Shown: piece by piece, positions 49,462 to 61,578 of the stretch
Position numbering within the stretch: the stretch's first letter is position 1
Layout of the letters: each line of letters begins with the position of its first letter
NCBI GenBank assembly: GCA_964255105.1
Contig: CAXUWE010000001.1
Location: 1 to 64,000, forward strand
DNA length: 64,000 nucleotides
DNA from: Porpidia crustulata
Taxonomy: Eukaryota
Reading direction: 5' to 3'
Position numbers and translations under genes: made by a program
The notes under the pieces: model-generated
Database searches by the model: none
Told to the model about the DNA's origin: nothing
The model's input: only the letters and a program-made list of their open reading frames with translations

Positions 49462-50085
49462 GGCCGAACGAACCGCTGTGCTCGAGCCGCTGCAGGTGTC
49501 TACAATGAGGCTGCGGACATGCTATGGGTCTATCTTCAAGAATAGCAAGACCCCGCATTCGGACCTTTGGAGATCCTTGTAAAAGAGAAAGAGCGAACAC
49601 GAGCTTGCTGCAGGTTTCAGCATCCAAGACAGCTACAGAGTCAAGAACAGACGGATGCTCCAGTAAGGATTGTAAAAAACAAAACAGACATGAAATTCAC
49701 ATTTCACTACTGGTCACGATGGCGGCTCCAAACAACAATGAGTGTAGTCTGAAATGTAACTGAACTTTGGACTGCTTCCACTGCGGCGCCTTGGGCAAAA
49801 CGGGGATGTTCAAACATAAGTGCACAGATTCGCTTTAGAATTTCCCATCTAAAATGTCGAGCAATAGATGGCGTGAGTTGAATGAATAGCTGCTAGCAAA
49901 CAAGGCACTGGAACCATTTGAGAATGTTTGAGTTTCATATAGCCTACAAAGTTTCAGCCTGTAACGCAAGCTCTTTTTACATGTAACCCTGTGTACAAAA
50001 AGGCTCAGGAATGAGGGGTTCCCAAGAGGCCCGTCTGGCTGTTCCAATTTCTAATCTCTTCCGTTCATGCGCCCCCCAAGGACTA

Positions 50086-51916
50086 CTATATTGGGGAGAC
50101 TGGGGAGAGTCGTGCTAGGCGTCGGAAGGAAATGTAATATTCGTACATGGAGAGCTTCAGCTCGACCCTCATGTATGATCCCCAAGCGCCGATGAGTCGA
50201 AGAAGGTTTGTTGGCGACAATGTGCTGCCCTGAAGCCTGATCAGCTCCATTTGCTCCTGAAAAACAGTCCGACTACAATAACGGGCCAAGATCAAAAAGT
50301 TCCTAACCGGACCTTCTCGGGTGTGGAGATTCTCATCCAGGCTGCGGGCTGTATACGGTCAGTGAACTCCGGTCAGGCTGGATTACAGGACGCTTACTTA
50401 GGTCATTGGTTTTCAATATCAAAAGGATAATCCGAGGCACCTTACCAAGAAGCTGCACCAATTGGGTAAGCATACCGTCGGCCATGGCGTCTGAAACGAT
50501 ATTTTTCTCCTCGTCCGTTCTAGTCGATATTATTGATTTGGTAGCCACCGTATAATCTCTTCCTGTAATAGCGCTTGCAAACAACGGGAACTGGTCTCTA
50601 GTAATCCCTGCAACGTCAAAGGCGCTCTTACGCATTTTCCGCTCGTCAGCATCAATAACCGCCAGCCATAGCTTTGCGTAGTCTCGTCGCAATTGCTTCG
50701 AAATATCTCTGTAGAGCCCGTGATCGTAAAGAATTATGTCAAAATTTGGCTCTCGTCTGGATGTATTCTTCCTTATAGCAATGTTGCCGCCATGAGGATC
50801 GCAGTGAAGAGGTGTATCGCCGAAGATCATCTCATTAAAAATGCGAGCTAAAGCCGCGGAAACTTCGTCACGATCTATCCCGTTGGCATCAATGTAATTA
50901 AGATCGTCGGTACGATGTCCAGAAACGTATTCCATAACCAGTATCCTTTTTAGGCCCCACTCCACATTTGGTACCACCAAAGGTGACCCATGTATGTTCT
51001 GGAAATGTGCCTTGGTGCGCATTGCATTTTGGCCCTCAAGAGCAAAGTTAAGTTCTTGGGGGAGTGATAGCTCCATTTCAGTTGAGAGCCATTCGAGGTC
51101 GTAGTCTGGAAAGAACCTTTTGAGAGTAGCGAACGTGAATTTGGTCAAAGCAAGGTCGAGCGGAACCCATTCTGCCAGTGCTGGATGTTGGACCTTGACT
51201 GCTACCTTCTTATCGCTGCCCTTTAGTTTAGCTAGATGAACTTGGGCAAGTGAGGCTGCCCCAATTGGGGTTGTTTCAAACTCATCGAACTGGCTCGCAA
51301 TTGAATACCCAGTATCTTTGATGAACATTTGCTCTATTGACTCATATGAAGAGACAGGGCACTTGTCTTGTAGTGGGACAAACGTTGTCGTCCACTCGGA
51401 AGGCAACAGATAATTCATACTGCTCAGGTGCTGGCCGAGTTTGATGAAAATAGACCCATTTTGCTCTAGGGCTCGAAGCGTTCGTTCGGCGCAGCGTTTG
51501 TGACAGGCCTTGAGCAAGGACGAGTATTGTGCTTCACTGTCTGCTTCATGATTCAAGGTTTTGCGATAACTATACGTAAGAATATTCAGTGATTGATGCA
51601 CTCGATGCGATTTCCTGGATTCTAGTACCCACTCGTTCATACAGAGCGCCAGCGTTCTGATTACTCGTCCAGTCCTTTGAACCCCAATGTACGTATGTTT
51701 GATGTCATCTGGAAAGGCCAGTGCAGTCCCTGCCCCAAGCATTCCACTCGCCGTTGCTAGGAAAAGAACGCGCTTCAGGCTCTTCGAGCGAACTTTTTTG
51801 GCGGCTGTTGCATAACTGGCATTCTGCGAAACCCGTGGGCGTTTTCCACGCAAGCATTTCGAGCATATCCAGGGAAGACTGTAAGCAGCTGTGAACGCCG
51901 GTGCTAATTTTCTCAT
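50086..51916 (-). CDS. ABC1/UbiB (ADCK1/Mcp2-like) atypical kinase, probably mitochondrial
   Basis: IFIKLGQHL, PIGAASLAQVH, VAVKVQHP, LHCDPHGGN, LYDHGLY, LILKTNDL|RSLDE; introns 51570-51632 and ~50350-50397. Confidence 0.93.
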
Positions 51917-52209
51917 TCTCTTCTTTAGGGTAGATATTGATAATCCGGTCTATCTCTAACTTAGAACGATGAGCACAAGTACTATATGGGTATCAAAGTA
52001 TTGTACTTGTACGAGTTATATAAGACGGCTGAACCCGAGCCGATCCTTGCTACCCGTACCGCATGATATACCAACCAACCACAAACGTTCCATCCTGATG
52101 ACTCCAAAAATTGAAGCCAATCCAGCTAGGAGAGCCATGAACTCAGCAAACCGTCAAAGTCTACTTTAAGTCTTTCCCACAATTCTTGACTCCCTGTAAT
52201 CCCTTCGAC

Positions 52210-52536
52210 ATGATGGGAAGGAGTTTCCACATAAATTCCAAAACCATCGTTACCCCCATCGCAGCATTCACCATGGCGTGTCTACTCTATGTCTACGCTC
52301 GCTCATCTATCAGAGCTGCGAAACGGAACGCTGAGCGCGTACGCTCAGCCGACGGAGGGCAGATCAGTTGGCGCAATGAAAGTCTGAGGCGGCATGGTGC
52401 GCTGGAAAGGCCTGAAGAGCAAGAAACGTTCAGAGAACTAGTGACAGGCGCCAAGAATAAAGATGCAAATGTTGTCGGACAGGCCGTGAAGAGGACTATA
52501 GAAGAAGAGAGATCCAGAGCAAGGAAGGCGAGGTAG
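52210..52536 (+). CDS. Small single-pass membrane protein (3' end uncertain)
   Basis: TPIAAFTMACLLYVYARSSIRAAKRNA..DGGQISWRNESLRRHG; possible further intron at 52532. Confidence 0.7.
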   Translation: MMGRSFHINSKTIVTPIAAFTMACLLYVYARSSIRAAKRNAERVRSADGGQISWRNESLRRHGALERPEEQETFRELVTGAKNKDANVVGQAVKRTIEEERSRARKAR

Positions 52537-53140
52537 AGGAAAAGAAGAAAGCCTATCAATTATAGGCAACGGAGGCCCATATGGGCCAGGCGGAGCCAAA
52601 GATTGCTAATATCAAAAAATCATCCATGAAGCTACATTCCGTGGGTTTGGAGAGCCGCCAAGTTCTGATGTTAAACCCCAACCAAACGGCTCTAGTATGA
52701 CGATTGGTCTGCGTCGAAATACATACTACTAGTTTGAGTCGCTATTATGGACTGACTGGTACCCAATGATCAACATTCAATATATCTTATCTAAGGAAGA
52801 CTGCCAGATGATGTAGTTCAAAGCCACTGACAACAATCATATTTGGCATGCAGTCAGCAAGTCCAAGAAAGTTTGGAGTTCAGTAGTACAAATAGCTTGC
52901 TCAAATCCGACTCAACGTTTATGATCAATGACCTCCTAATCCTGATCATTTCTCTTTGATCAGAACGCCTTGCACCGTGACTGATGCCCTGGCAACGCCC
53001 CGAACAATTCTGCATCCTTAGCTTACGTATTCCACAATAGCTTAAGAATACGCCAAAAATTCCAAGCCGCCAGCTTTACAGGAGACAACACAATGAATGA
53101 AATGGAATGCAACTTGTAATTAGTGGGCTTTACCTAGCGT

Positions 53141-54393
53141 CTAGATTGTAGGCTGCCCAGCAGTATTGAGTTTGGCCTCTCCTTCGCGTCGCAGCTGAAT
53201 AGCTGACTTTTTCAAATATTCAAAAGTAAGAATCGTGGTCATGGCAGATGGGACTGCTCTTATGAGGTTGGTGCCTAGACCAGCGTAGAAGCCTCGCCAG
53301 CCTTCCTCTAGCAGGATCGTCTTACAAGTCTGCACCGTACCCCTATAACGCAATCTGTTGACCATACCATCAGAAAACGCACGGTCGGGCGCTCGGAAGC
53401 TAGTCTCCTGGTTTCCGAGTACCTTTCTGAACGTGATTTCTTCCGATGCTTGAGTATGGGCGGATCTTTGTTGTGTTTGCAAGCGTGTTCTGACAACCTC
53501 ATGGGGGTATGTTGCAGTGCTTGCACAGACTTTACTTAAAAACACAGCTAGTGATAAACCATAGAAATGATGTCGTCTATCTTCGTCACTTTCGTTCTCG
53601 CCAGTATCGATGCCGGTGAATTTGTGCTTGAAGACTTCATACAAAGGAAACTGAATCGCGACGTGGGTTAAGCCTAACAGGGCAGGGGTAAGACCAGAAT
53701 AGAAGGAACGCATTCCTTCGGTCTTATACATTTTCCGTGCGGCATCAAGGGTATTGCGGTAGTGCCATGGAGGTCGTAAATGGTTCTCCATCGATCTAGA
53801 GCTAGACTGTGACATCAGCCTCGTCTTAATGACCCAGATCGGGTTCGTTGCCATGGTAGAACAAGCTCCTGCAGCGAGCGAGGCATACACGTTCGCAAGA
53901 AACCAATTATCTATGAAAGGCGTCAGCCAAAAATTCTCACATGCAGTCTTTTAAGCCTACTTGTCTTGGTCCTGCAGTAGGCTTGGGCTTTGTTGTAGAC
54001 TGTTAAGTAGACGGCCCAGGTGGGAACGTAGCCCAGTAACATTGGTCCGAGGCCCCGATACATTCCTCTAATTCCCTCTTCTCTCCATATGATTTCAGCT
54101 GTACCCACAACACCCCGGTACGTTGTGGTACTAAGCTTGGCCCCATCTCCAAGGATTTTGAATCCCCCTTGAGCTTGTAACTTCGTTTTTATCACATCGA
54201 GCGGGCAGCTCACTAAGCCTGAGATCGCCCCAGCAATACCTCCAGCGACTGGCACCACGTAAACTTCGGGAACGCTGATAGCCCAGAGCTCCAGGCGGGA
54301 TATTGGGGGAATACATCTCCCATCATGGTTGTTTCGTGAGGAAGCAGCATTCTGGGAAGCAATTGGAGGTGCTGGCTTTCGGTCGAAGGACAT
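53141..54393 (-). CDS. YIA6: Mitochondrial carrier, NAD+ transporter-like (Yia6/Ndt1)
   Basis: Three PX(D/E)XX(K/R)X(K/R)-type signatures: PLDVIKTK, PIWVIKTR (Trp variant typical of NAD/FAD/folate carriers), PHEVVRTR; one intron. Confidence 0.88.
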
Positions 54394-54845
54394 TTCTAAT
54401 TGAACCGAAGTCACGGTTCTCGGTATCAAATCATTTGTAACCTTCTACCTTAGGAGCTTGCTATCAGAGCCCTTATGATATGTCCACCGCCGGCCTCGGA
54501 CTGTTGAGAAGTACCCCGCAGCACTTCAGAAGTAAAACTCGTTAGCGATTGGGCCTCTTCATATTGTCAGAAGCTGTGAAAGGGCCACGGGGTATCTCGG
54601 AATGGTGCCTATCCCCAATTGCTGGTAAATCTTGACGTGGTAAAGGAATCGTTGTGATTACATTGGGAGTCCTAACGCACTCGAATGCGCACTGCAGTTC
54701 TGAGGTAAGCCGCTAATGACTGTCGGCTGTATAAATACCAGTAGCTAGCAGTCTAGGGAATGATACCGTTTTGTTAGTGTTTTGCCAATTTACCGACCTG
54801 TAGAACATCATCCTCGCATCTGATCTCCTCTGTCAGTGTGTAATT

Positions 54846-55477
54846 ATGTCGGCGCCTTCTTTGACCAAATTTATCGTCAAACGGCCATGGTTGAAGAGGT
54901 GGATGACGCCATTAGCAAAGTGGTACGCCGACGCCGCCGGATATAGGAAGCTTGGTTTGAGGTAGAGATATCTGTTCGATCGACGTACAACGCTCCTTTG
55001 GCGTATATGATTTGATGCATAATAGCTCAAGTCTCACTGATAAGTATATTGACGAACTTTATGCTAATATTGGGACCAATGAAGAGCCGATGACCTGATC
55101 CCAGAAGAGTCCGACACTGTTCTCCTGGCCTTGAAGCGCTTACCCCCAAAAGAAGCGTATGACCGAGTCTTTCGTCTGAGGAGAGCTTTTCAGGTTTGAT
55201 TTACTCCTGGAAGATGATCATCAAAATCCACTTACATTGGGTTAACGATGGCCAGTGTTCTCTCGCACACCAATTGCTTCCTAAGGATCAGCAGACGAAG
55301 CCACACGAGGTACAACTCCCACTTTTTTAAATATATAATAAGTATTTTGAGATCACCTACTAAGGTGTACAAAAGGACTATCCATATTTGTCACCTATCA
55401 TACAGGAAATTGAGGCGGAGTCCAAAGAACGTGGGGACTTGGAAGCTATGGTTGTCGGGCAGAGAAAGAAGTCATAG
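54846..55477 (+). CDS. QCR7: Cytochrome bc1 complex subunit 7 (four exons; not in ORF track)
   Basis: Spliced translation MSAPSLTKFIVKRPWLKRWMTPLAKWYADAAGYRKLGLR|ADDLIPEE..KEAYDRVFRLRRAFQ|CSLAHQLLPK..|DYPYLSPIIQEIEAESKER. Confidence 0.95.
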
Positions 55478-55804
55478 GATTGACTTGAGATAGAATATTT
55501 GGTCAAACCAAGCCTGAGAAACTGTACTTTGTTGTACATAGAGCTGAGTTGCGCTAGATTCAAGGGAGGGTAGGGTTCTATTTTGTTCGAGCACACTTCG
55601 CTGGATTCTCAGGACATTATCCAAGTAAAGGAAAAATATTACTACTAGGTAGATCCTGATCCTAGTGGGTTGTTGCAGCGACACTCGCCTACTAACCTGC
55701 TGCCTACCACTTGCATGTGCTCAATTGAAACTTTTTCAAACAGCCCTTTCTCATTGCTCAACCATAAGTCTCTTCGTCTCTTCGCTCATTAATCACCTAC
55801 ACTG

Positions 55805-57051
55805 CTAAACACTCTCCACAGCTTCTAAATCTACGTCTCCGACTCTCCACATATACCACATAAATAGACTTCTATGAAAAGTTAGCCCTCGATGGTAATG
55901 TTATCATTAAAGTGGATCACAAGTGTACCTGTAAGGAGAAAATTTTGCAGAGTAGTCAAGCATCTCCCGCTCAGACATGTACTTCCACTTTCCCCCTCCC
56001 TTGGCTTTCAGTTTGTTCACATCTTTACCCATAAAAGCAGCCATACCGCGTCTGGAAAGGTTGAGCTCAATAACAGCGCAAAATGAATGGAATCTTACTG
56101 TACTCCTAGGTCGCCGGTTGAGAAGACGTCCATCCTCTTTAGTCCGAAGCAGGCAAACATCTCAACAGACCATTTCCCCAATCCTCTTATAGCTGTCAAT
56201 CTATCCATGACTTCCTCATCTGTGGCTTTGATCAGCATTGCAGCACTAAGCTCCGAACTTGCGAATTTCTCGGCAAGCCCCTTAATATATTCTACTTTTC
56301 TCCCAGACAGCCCAGCTTGGCGTAAGTAGCTAACTTCACAGGTAGCTATTTGTGCTGGCGTGGGGAAGAAGTCTTCCTCAAACACTGCATCTTCGGCAGG
56401 CGCTTGCCGAAACAGTCCTATAAAGCGGTTCTTGATTGCTTTCGCCGCTGGTCCCGACACCTGCTGGGCCATTATCCCACTGCACAGATTGCGGAATGGG
56501 TCGACCACTTCCGCTAAACCTTCAGTAGAGAACGTGTGGCAGTAGTGTTTCAATATTAGTGGCTGTAGCCTTGGATCTACTCTAATAAGATGATTACATG
56601 CTTCATCCAAAATTGTTCCAGTTGTCATTGTTGATACTGGACCGCCTGGCTTAGAGGGAGACGGACCTCCTATTTTGCTGGGGCATGCCACATGTCCGGA
56701 CCCTCGAGGAGTCCTTAGTGGGGCGTTTGTACTATATGGCTCCGCTGGTCGATTGAAAGGTACATCTTCAGGTTTCTCAACCTTGGGGCTTGCCTTGACA
56801 GTATCAGCATCTACTTCGGTAGTCGTATTTCTTGATGTTGCCGGCGAACGAAGCTTTGTTTTTTTAGAAGGTGGACCATTTACTACAGAGATGTGGATTT
56901 CGGACTCTTGGGCCATATGTTGATGCCCCATATCGGTTACTGTGCTCCCCTTTCTCTTAATATTAGAGGCTTTACGATCACGGCTGTTGCAGGATTGAGA
57001 GGTCTCGGAGACAGTATGCACGCTGCTCCGCAGTATTCGCCTCAACGACAT
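55805..57051 (-). CDS. MAG1: DNA-3-methyladenine glycosylase (HhH-GPD/AlkA family)
   Basis: GIMAQQVSGPAA, FPTP, LRQAGLSGRKVEYI, RGLGKWSVEMF, DVFSTGDLGVQ|RG ... FSPYR|SLFMWYMWR. Confidence 0.93.
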
Positions 57052-57624
57052 TATTAAACGCGGACCGTGATACAGAATGTTTTAGATTCTTAGATCGTCT
57101 TCATGAGTAGATGGGATTTAGAAAGCCACACACAGAGTAATTGTGACGCGCAATGGAACGTTGTTCTTATGATTGATCGATATATCATGGGAACTCCTTG
57201 AGGCTCCGATATTGCAGAAGGTAACGCAGCGGATTTGATTTCTTGATAAAGACGTCGCGAACTACCTGTTCTGTATACCTCAATCTCGATACCTCGTCTT
57301 CATGTGCGTGAAGTCTGTAGTACTAAGGTATATTGTCACGTACATAGGTACTTGGCATTTTCTGCTTTTTTGACCAATACCTAGGTAGATGCTTACCTAG
57401 GTGAGTCATCCAATCGCATTTCTTCCGCTGGCAGCCGAGGCGTATAGATTTATGAGGTAGTAATATACGTCAGAGTATCAATACCTAAGAAGATCGATAT
57501 TGTAACCGATCAAGGGGACAGAGCGTTGAAGTATTTCATTTTTTGATTCTTCCTAACCTTTTTCGACACTATCTACTCGTTCCTCCCGCTCAACGGTCCA
57601 TACTCTTCAACGGACCACTGCACA

Positions 57625-57661
57625 TAGGGTTAGGGTTATATCTACTAGTTTTGGTTAGGGT
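57625..57661 (+). promoter_or_regulatory. Telomere-like TTAGGG boxes in the MAG1/ECM33 divergent intergenic region
   Basis: tagggttagggtt at 57625-57637 and ggttagggt at 57653-57661; similar boxes at 30442, 36194 and 63789. Confidence 0.4.
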
Positions 57662-59236
57662 AGTCCGTTTAATTACACTCCCACACTCCATCTGGAGTAG
57701 CCGGCCCTTGTTTAGCTAGCTTGTCACCTGCGTTTACAGTCTTTCTGAGAACTAAGATGTTTATTATAGAAGAAGGTAGGTAGTTGCTGATATATAATAG
57801 TTGCAAGCCTCAACCGTGCAAACATAATCTCCGCTCCCGTAGATCTAAATTCGACGGCGCTTTCAAGTCAAGAGACTCCCAGTAGAGCATGTTTAGATGT
57901 AGGTACTGAGAAGAGTTACAAGGTAGGTACTCATAGTAAGCCACTACGCCGTATGGACATGTCCGTTCTACTATACTCAATCCCTACCGAGTGCTCTGGC
58001 TGAATTATAACCAGTGCGCAATTATCAAGATTGTGACGGTAAAATACATAATATTTGTACAAGGTGAATGACAGATTGATAGCTAGGTTACCTATTGAAT
58101 TGATAATACCGATCTTTGAGAACATCAAAGGGGGGGCAATATTAAACGAATTATCAACATTATTACTATCTATCAATCTCTTAGTGTCTGTACGAAGCAC
58201 GTATTTATGAAAGTATGATATCGACATGACAATTGCTGGCAGCTGCTTGTTCCACTCCTTTCCAGAGGGTTATCTTGATTCATGCAAGATTTCAAGTGCA
58301 AACGTTGCGCAGGAGGTAAATATATTTTTCTCAACCAATTCACGTATCGCCTTGCCGCGTTCATACGCACTCAGGTCACAAGATGCTATCACTGGAGGAA
58401 CCCAACTGCTCAGAAGACTTCTATATCAATGGAACTTACTGCTCACACATCAGGCAGTCCATCAGGCAGACTTTCGCAGGCTCTGTCGGGGATACGTATC
58501 ACAGTAGTGTCCCAGTAAGGACGAGGAAGCGGCTTTGGTTGATCTGTATTCGGCTTATCGAACCAATCATATATGCTTGATAGGAGGCCGCAAGAAAATT
58601 TGGACAAAATCCTGATTATAGTTAGAGCCTTGGCTTCCCTTGGCTACCATAGGTGAAGATTGCAATAAATTAATCATAATTCATTGAAGATGCGCGTCCG
58701 GGGGCAAGTGCAAGGGTGTGAAGAAGAGTTTCATTACCCATCTCCTCCTTTCCTTTTTCGCTTCCCTTCCTTCCAAAATTGCCCTTCATCTACCATCAAC
58801 AACACCACTTCCCTCCTCCCTCAGCTTGTACTTTTCCTGTCGTTCTCTCTAATACAATCATCTTCTCTCTGGCCGCGCCTTCCTCTGAGGTGTCGCAACT
58901 CCACGTTGAGTGACTCGTAATTAATCCAGTCGTTTTCTGCCTTCTACTTCCTCACGTTCACTCCATCCATTCCAACAACACTTCTCCCACAACTCTTTCA
59001 TCTCCCACCACTTTTGCATCCAAGCTACATCATCACCCGCCTTCACATTATACATTTTAATTTGCTGCCTCGAGTAAGTTGCCATCCAAATTGCCACTCA
59101 CCAAAACCATTCATGTGGATTCGGTTGCTTTGTACCGGACTTCCAACCCATCACATTGCACCACAATCACCATCCATTGACACAAGAGCTGATCTTTCCC
59201 ATCTGCAGCTATCATAATCAAGCATTATCACCAGCA

Positions 59237-60616
59237 ATGGCGTTTCTCAAGTTCATCCTATCGGCCGTTGTTTTCGCAAGCACTGTTCTAGGTAAGAAAT
59301 TCACCCCGTATTGTCAAGGCTTTCCAAGAAGTTCGATGCTTTCTCTGTATCCTCGCACAGCTTCGACATCAGGGCTGATTCTTCTGGATCCAGCTGATTG
59401 CAGTACCTCTGGAACCCTGACTGTTACTGCCACGGCGGACGCTTCTGCATTGGCTTCTTGTTCCACATACAGCGGTTCCGTCTCTATCCCGTCAAGCTTT
59501 TCGGTAGCTCCAGGACCCGACGGACATCAATCACTCTCTATTGATGGTGTAAAGCGAATCACTGGTAACCTCACAGTCACCAATGCCGTCAATTTAGCCG
59601 GTCTTTCGCTTGGTAACCTTCAACAGCTGGGTGGCCTCGATCTAAACAATTTGACCGTGCTAGCCACGCTCAACGCGCCCCAATTGACACAAGTCGATAC
59701 TTTGAGCTTCACGGCCCTTCCAGCGCTCCAGCTGCTTGGTTTCACAACTGGGCTGACGAAGGCCATCAGCGTCTTAATCACCAACACTGGTTTAAGTAAT
59801 CTAATGGGCATTAGTACCCTACAGCAGGTTGACATTTTCAACGTCAACAACAACCCAGCTTTGACCAACATAAGCTTACAAGTGACAAGCATCAAGAAGT
59901 CATTGGACATCGAGGCCAACGACGGCTATATTTCGGGTCTATCAACTTCCTTCCCAATGCTCCAGACTGCACAGAACATGACTTTCCGAAATTGTAGTGA
60001 TGTGCAGCTGCCAGCTCTCGTCAATGTTACCCAGGATCTGGGTTTCTATGACAACGCGTTTACCTCCTTCACTGCCCCTAATCTCACAACTGCTGGTGGT
60101 CTTGTCTTCGTTAACAATATGCAATTGACCAATATTTCTATACCCCAGCTTACTTCTATCAACGGGACCTATCAGATTGCCAATAATACACAGCTGAAAC
60201 AGATTAACGGGTTTACGAAGTTATCAGTCGTGATAGGTGCTTTAGATTTCAGCGGGAATTTTACGGAGTATGTCATCTATTTCGCTGATGAGTTTGCTAC
60301 TGTAGGTCCTTTGCTAATCTATCGCAGTGTCCAGCTACCTGGCTTGACCCAGATCCAGGGTGCCTTCAATATGCAGACCTCAGGCCAATTCGACTGCTCT
60401 GCTTTTGCGAAGGACCATGATAATAAAGTTATTAAAGGAAAATATGTTTGCCAGGGCAGTGAAACCAAGCCTGGTACTGCAGGGACTTCAGCTTCAGGCA
60501 CCAGTAGCGGTTCTTCTGCTTCTCCTACTAGCTCTGCTGGTCGGTTTGAAGTGTGTTTCACCACCATCGCGGGAGGGTTTTCTATCGTCGCGGGACTGCT
60601 ACAGTTCATCCTCTAG
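59237..60616 (+). CDS. ECM33: GPI-anchored cell-wall protein, Ecm33/Pst1/Sps2 family
   Basis: Signal peptide MAFLKFILSAVVFASTVL, receptor-L-like repeats (P.L..V.G, NNN..L..I), FDCS..KGKYVC, S/T linker, hydrophobic GPI tail; coding introns 59292-59393 and 60268-60327, probable 5'UTR intron 59074-59208. Confidence 0.92.
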   Translation: MAFLKFILSAVVFASTVLGKKFTPYCQGFPRSSMLSLYPRTASTSGLILLDPADCSTSGTLTVTATADASALASCSTYSGSVSIPSSFSVAPGPDGHQSLSIDGVKRITGNLTVTNAVNLAGLSLGNLQQLGGLDLNNLTVLATLNAPQLTQVDTLSFTALPALQLLGFTTGLTKAISVLITNTGLSNLMGISTLQQVDIFNVNNNPALTNISLQVTSIKKSLDIEANDGYISGLSTSFPMLQTAQNMTFRNCSDVQLPALVNVTQDLGFYDNAFTSFTAPNLTTAGGLVFVNNMQLTNISIPQLTSINGTYQIANNTQLKQINGFTKLSVVIGALDFSGNFTEYVIYFADEFATVGPLLIYRSVQLPGLTQIQGAFNMQTSGQFDCSAFAKDHDNKVIKGKYVCQGSETKPGTAGTSASGTSSGSSASPTSSAGRFEVCFTTIAGGFSIVAGLLQFIL

Positions 60617-61578
60617 GATCATCTTTGTTATCGTTGTTCCCTTCTGCACGGCAGGTCCTCTAGCATAGTTTGTCACGTTGGGGTATCAACGCGGCCTGCC
60701 AACGGTGGAGCTAAGCCTTCGATCGGATACGTTACGCCGCCAGCATTGCATGGCGTTCGATCAAGCTCTTTACATGGCCACGGTTGCACAGAGTGCATTA
60801 GATTGACAGACTTTTAGCACAGACCATATGATCCATACCCAGTTGATACGCCGCTTCACGAGGCGACGGCGATTCTTTGAAGTTGGTTGGGCATGAGCAG
60901 TGCAGTTCGTGTTTCTTTGAATTAGTTGAAAAGTAGCATGAGCTCACAGTTGTGTATCCGGTCCTCGGAGTTGTATGGCTTCGAGCTCATATTACTTTGT
61001 GCTACTGTATGTTATCTGCACCACAAGTCTTTGTCTTTCAATAATACATGTTAGACAAGCATAATACAATCCTTCGAAATTAGTCTTATTCTGAGACATC
61101 TCCAATTCACGTACTGCTAACCGATGTCGTGGGGTGCATAGGTCTGATATCACATCAAAAGGCACCTTGCAGGTACAATTGATTATTGCATAACGTGCAT
61201 ATCCACAGACACAAACACAATCGCACCTATCATGAGATGGGCCTTACAAACTCCAATAAACTACTTTAACCAAGTCTACCTTGTAGGACCTTTTCGAGAG
61301 TCCTGAGAGTCACATTGCAAGCATCAGCGGCTTCACAGAGGGGCAGTGGAGAAGGGGTGATCCAATCTTGCAATAGGTTCTAAAAGCTCTGATTCCTACA
61401 TAACACTACTAGCGTTGTGCTATCGAGCAATAGCCAAGCTGTTGTAAGCTTCGGAATATATGGCAGCGCCATCCCATGCTGTGCCTCTCTGAGTATTACT
61501 CGCGAGGTTTCGGGTTCTTCTACTATATTCCCAGATGGCTCACCTTCCATGGTGCTACACTAAGACAACCATCTGTTG

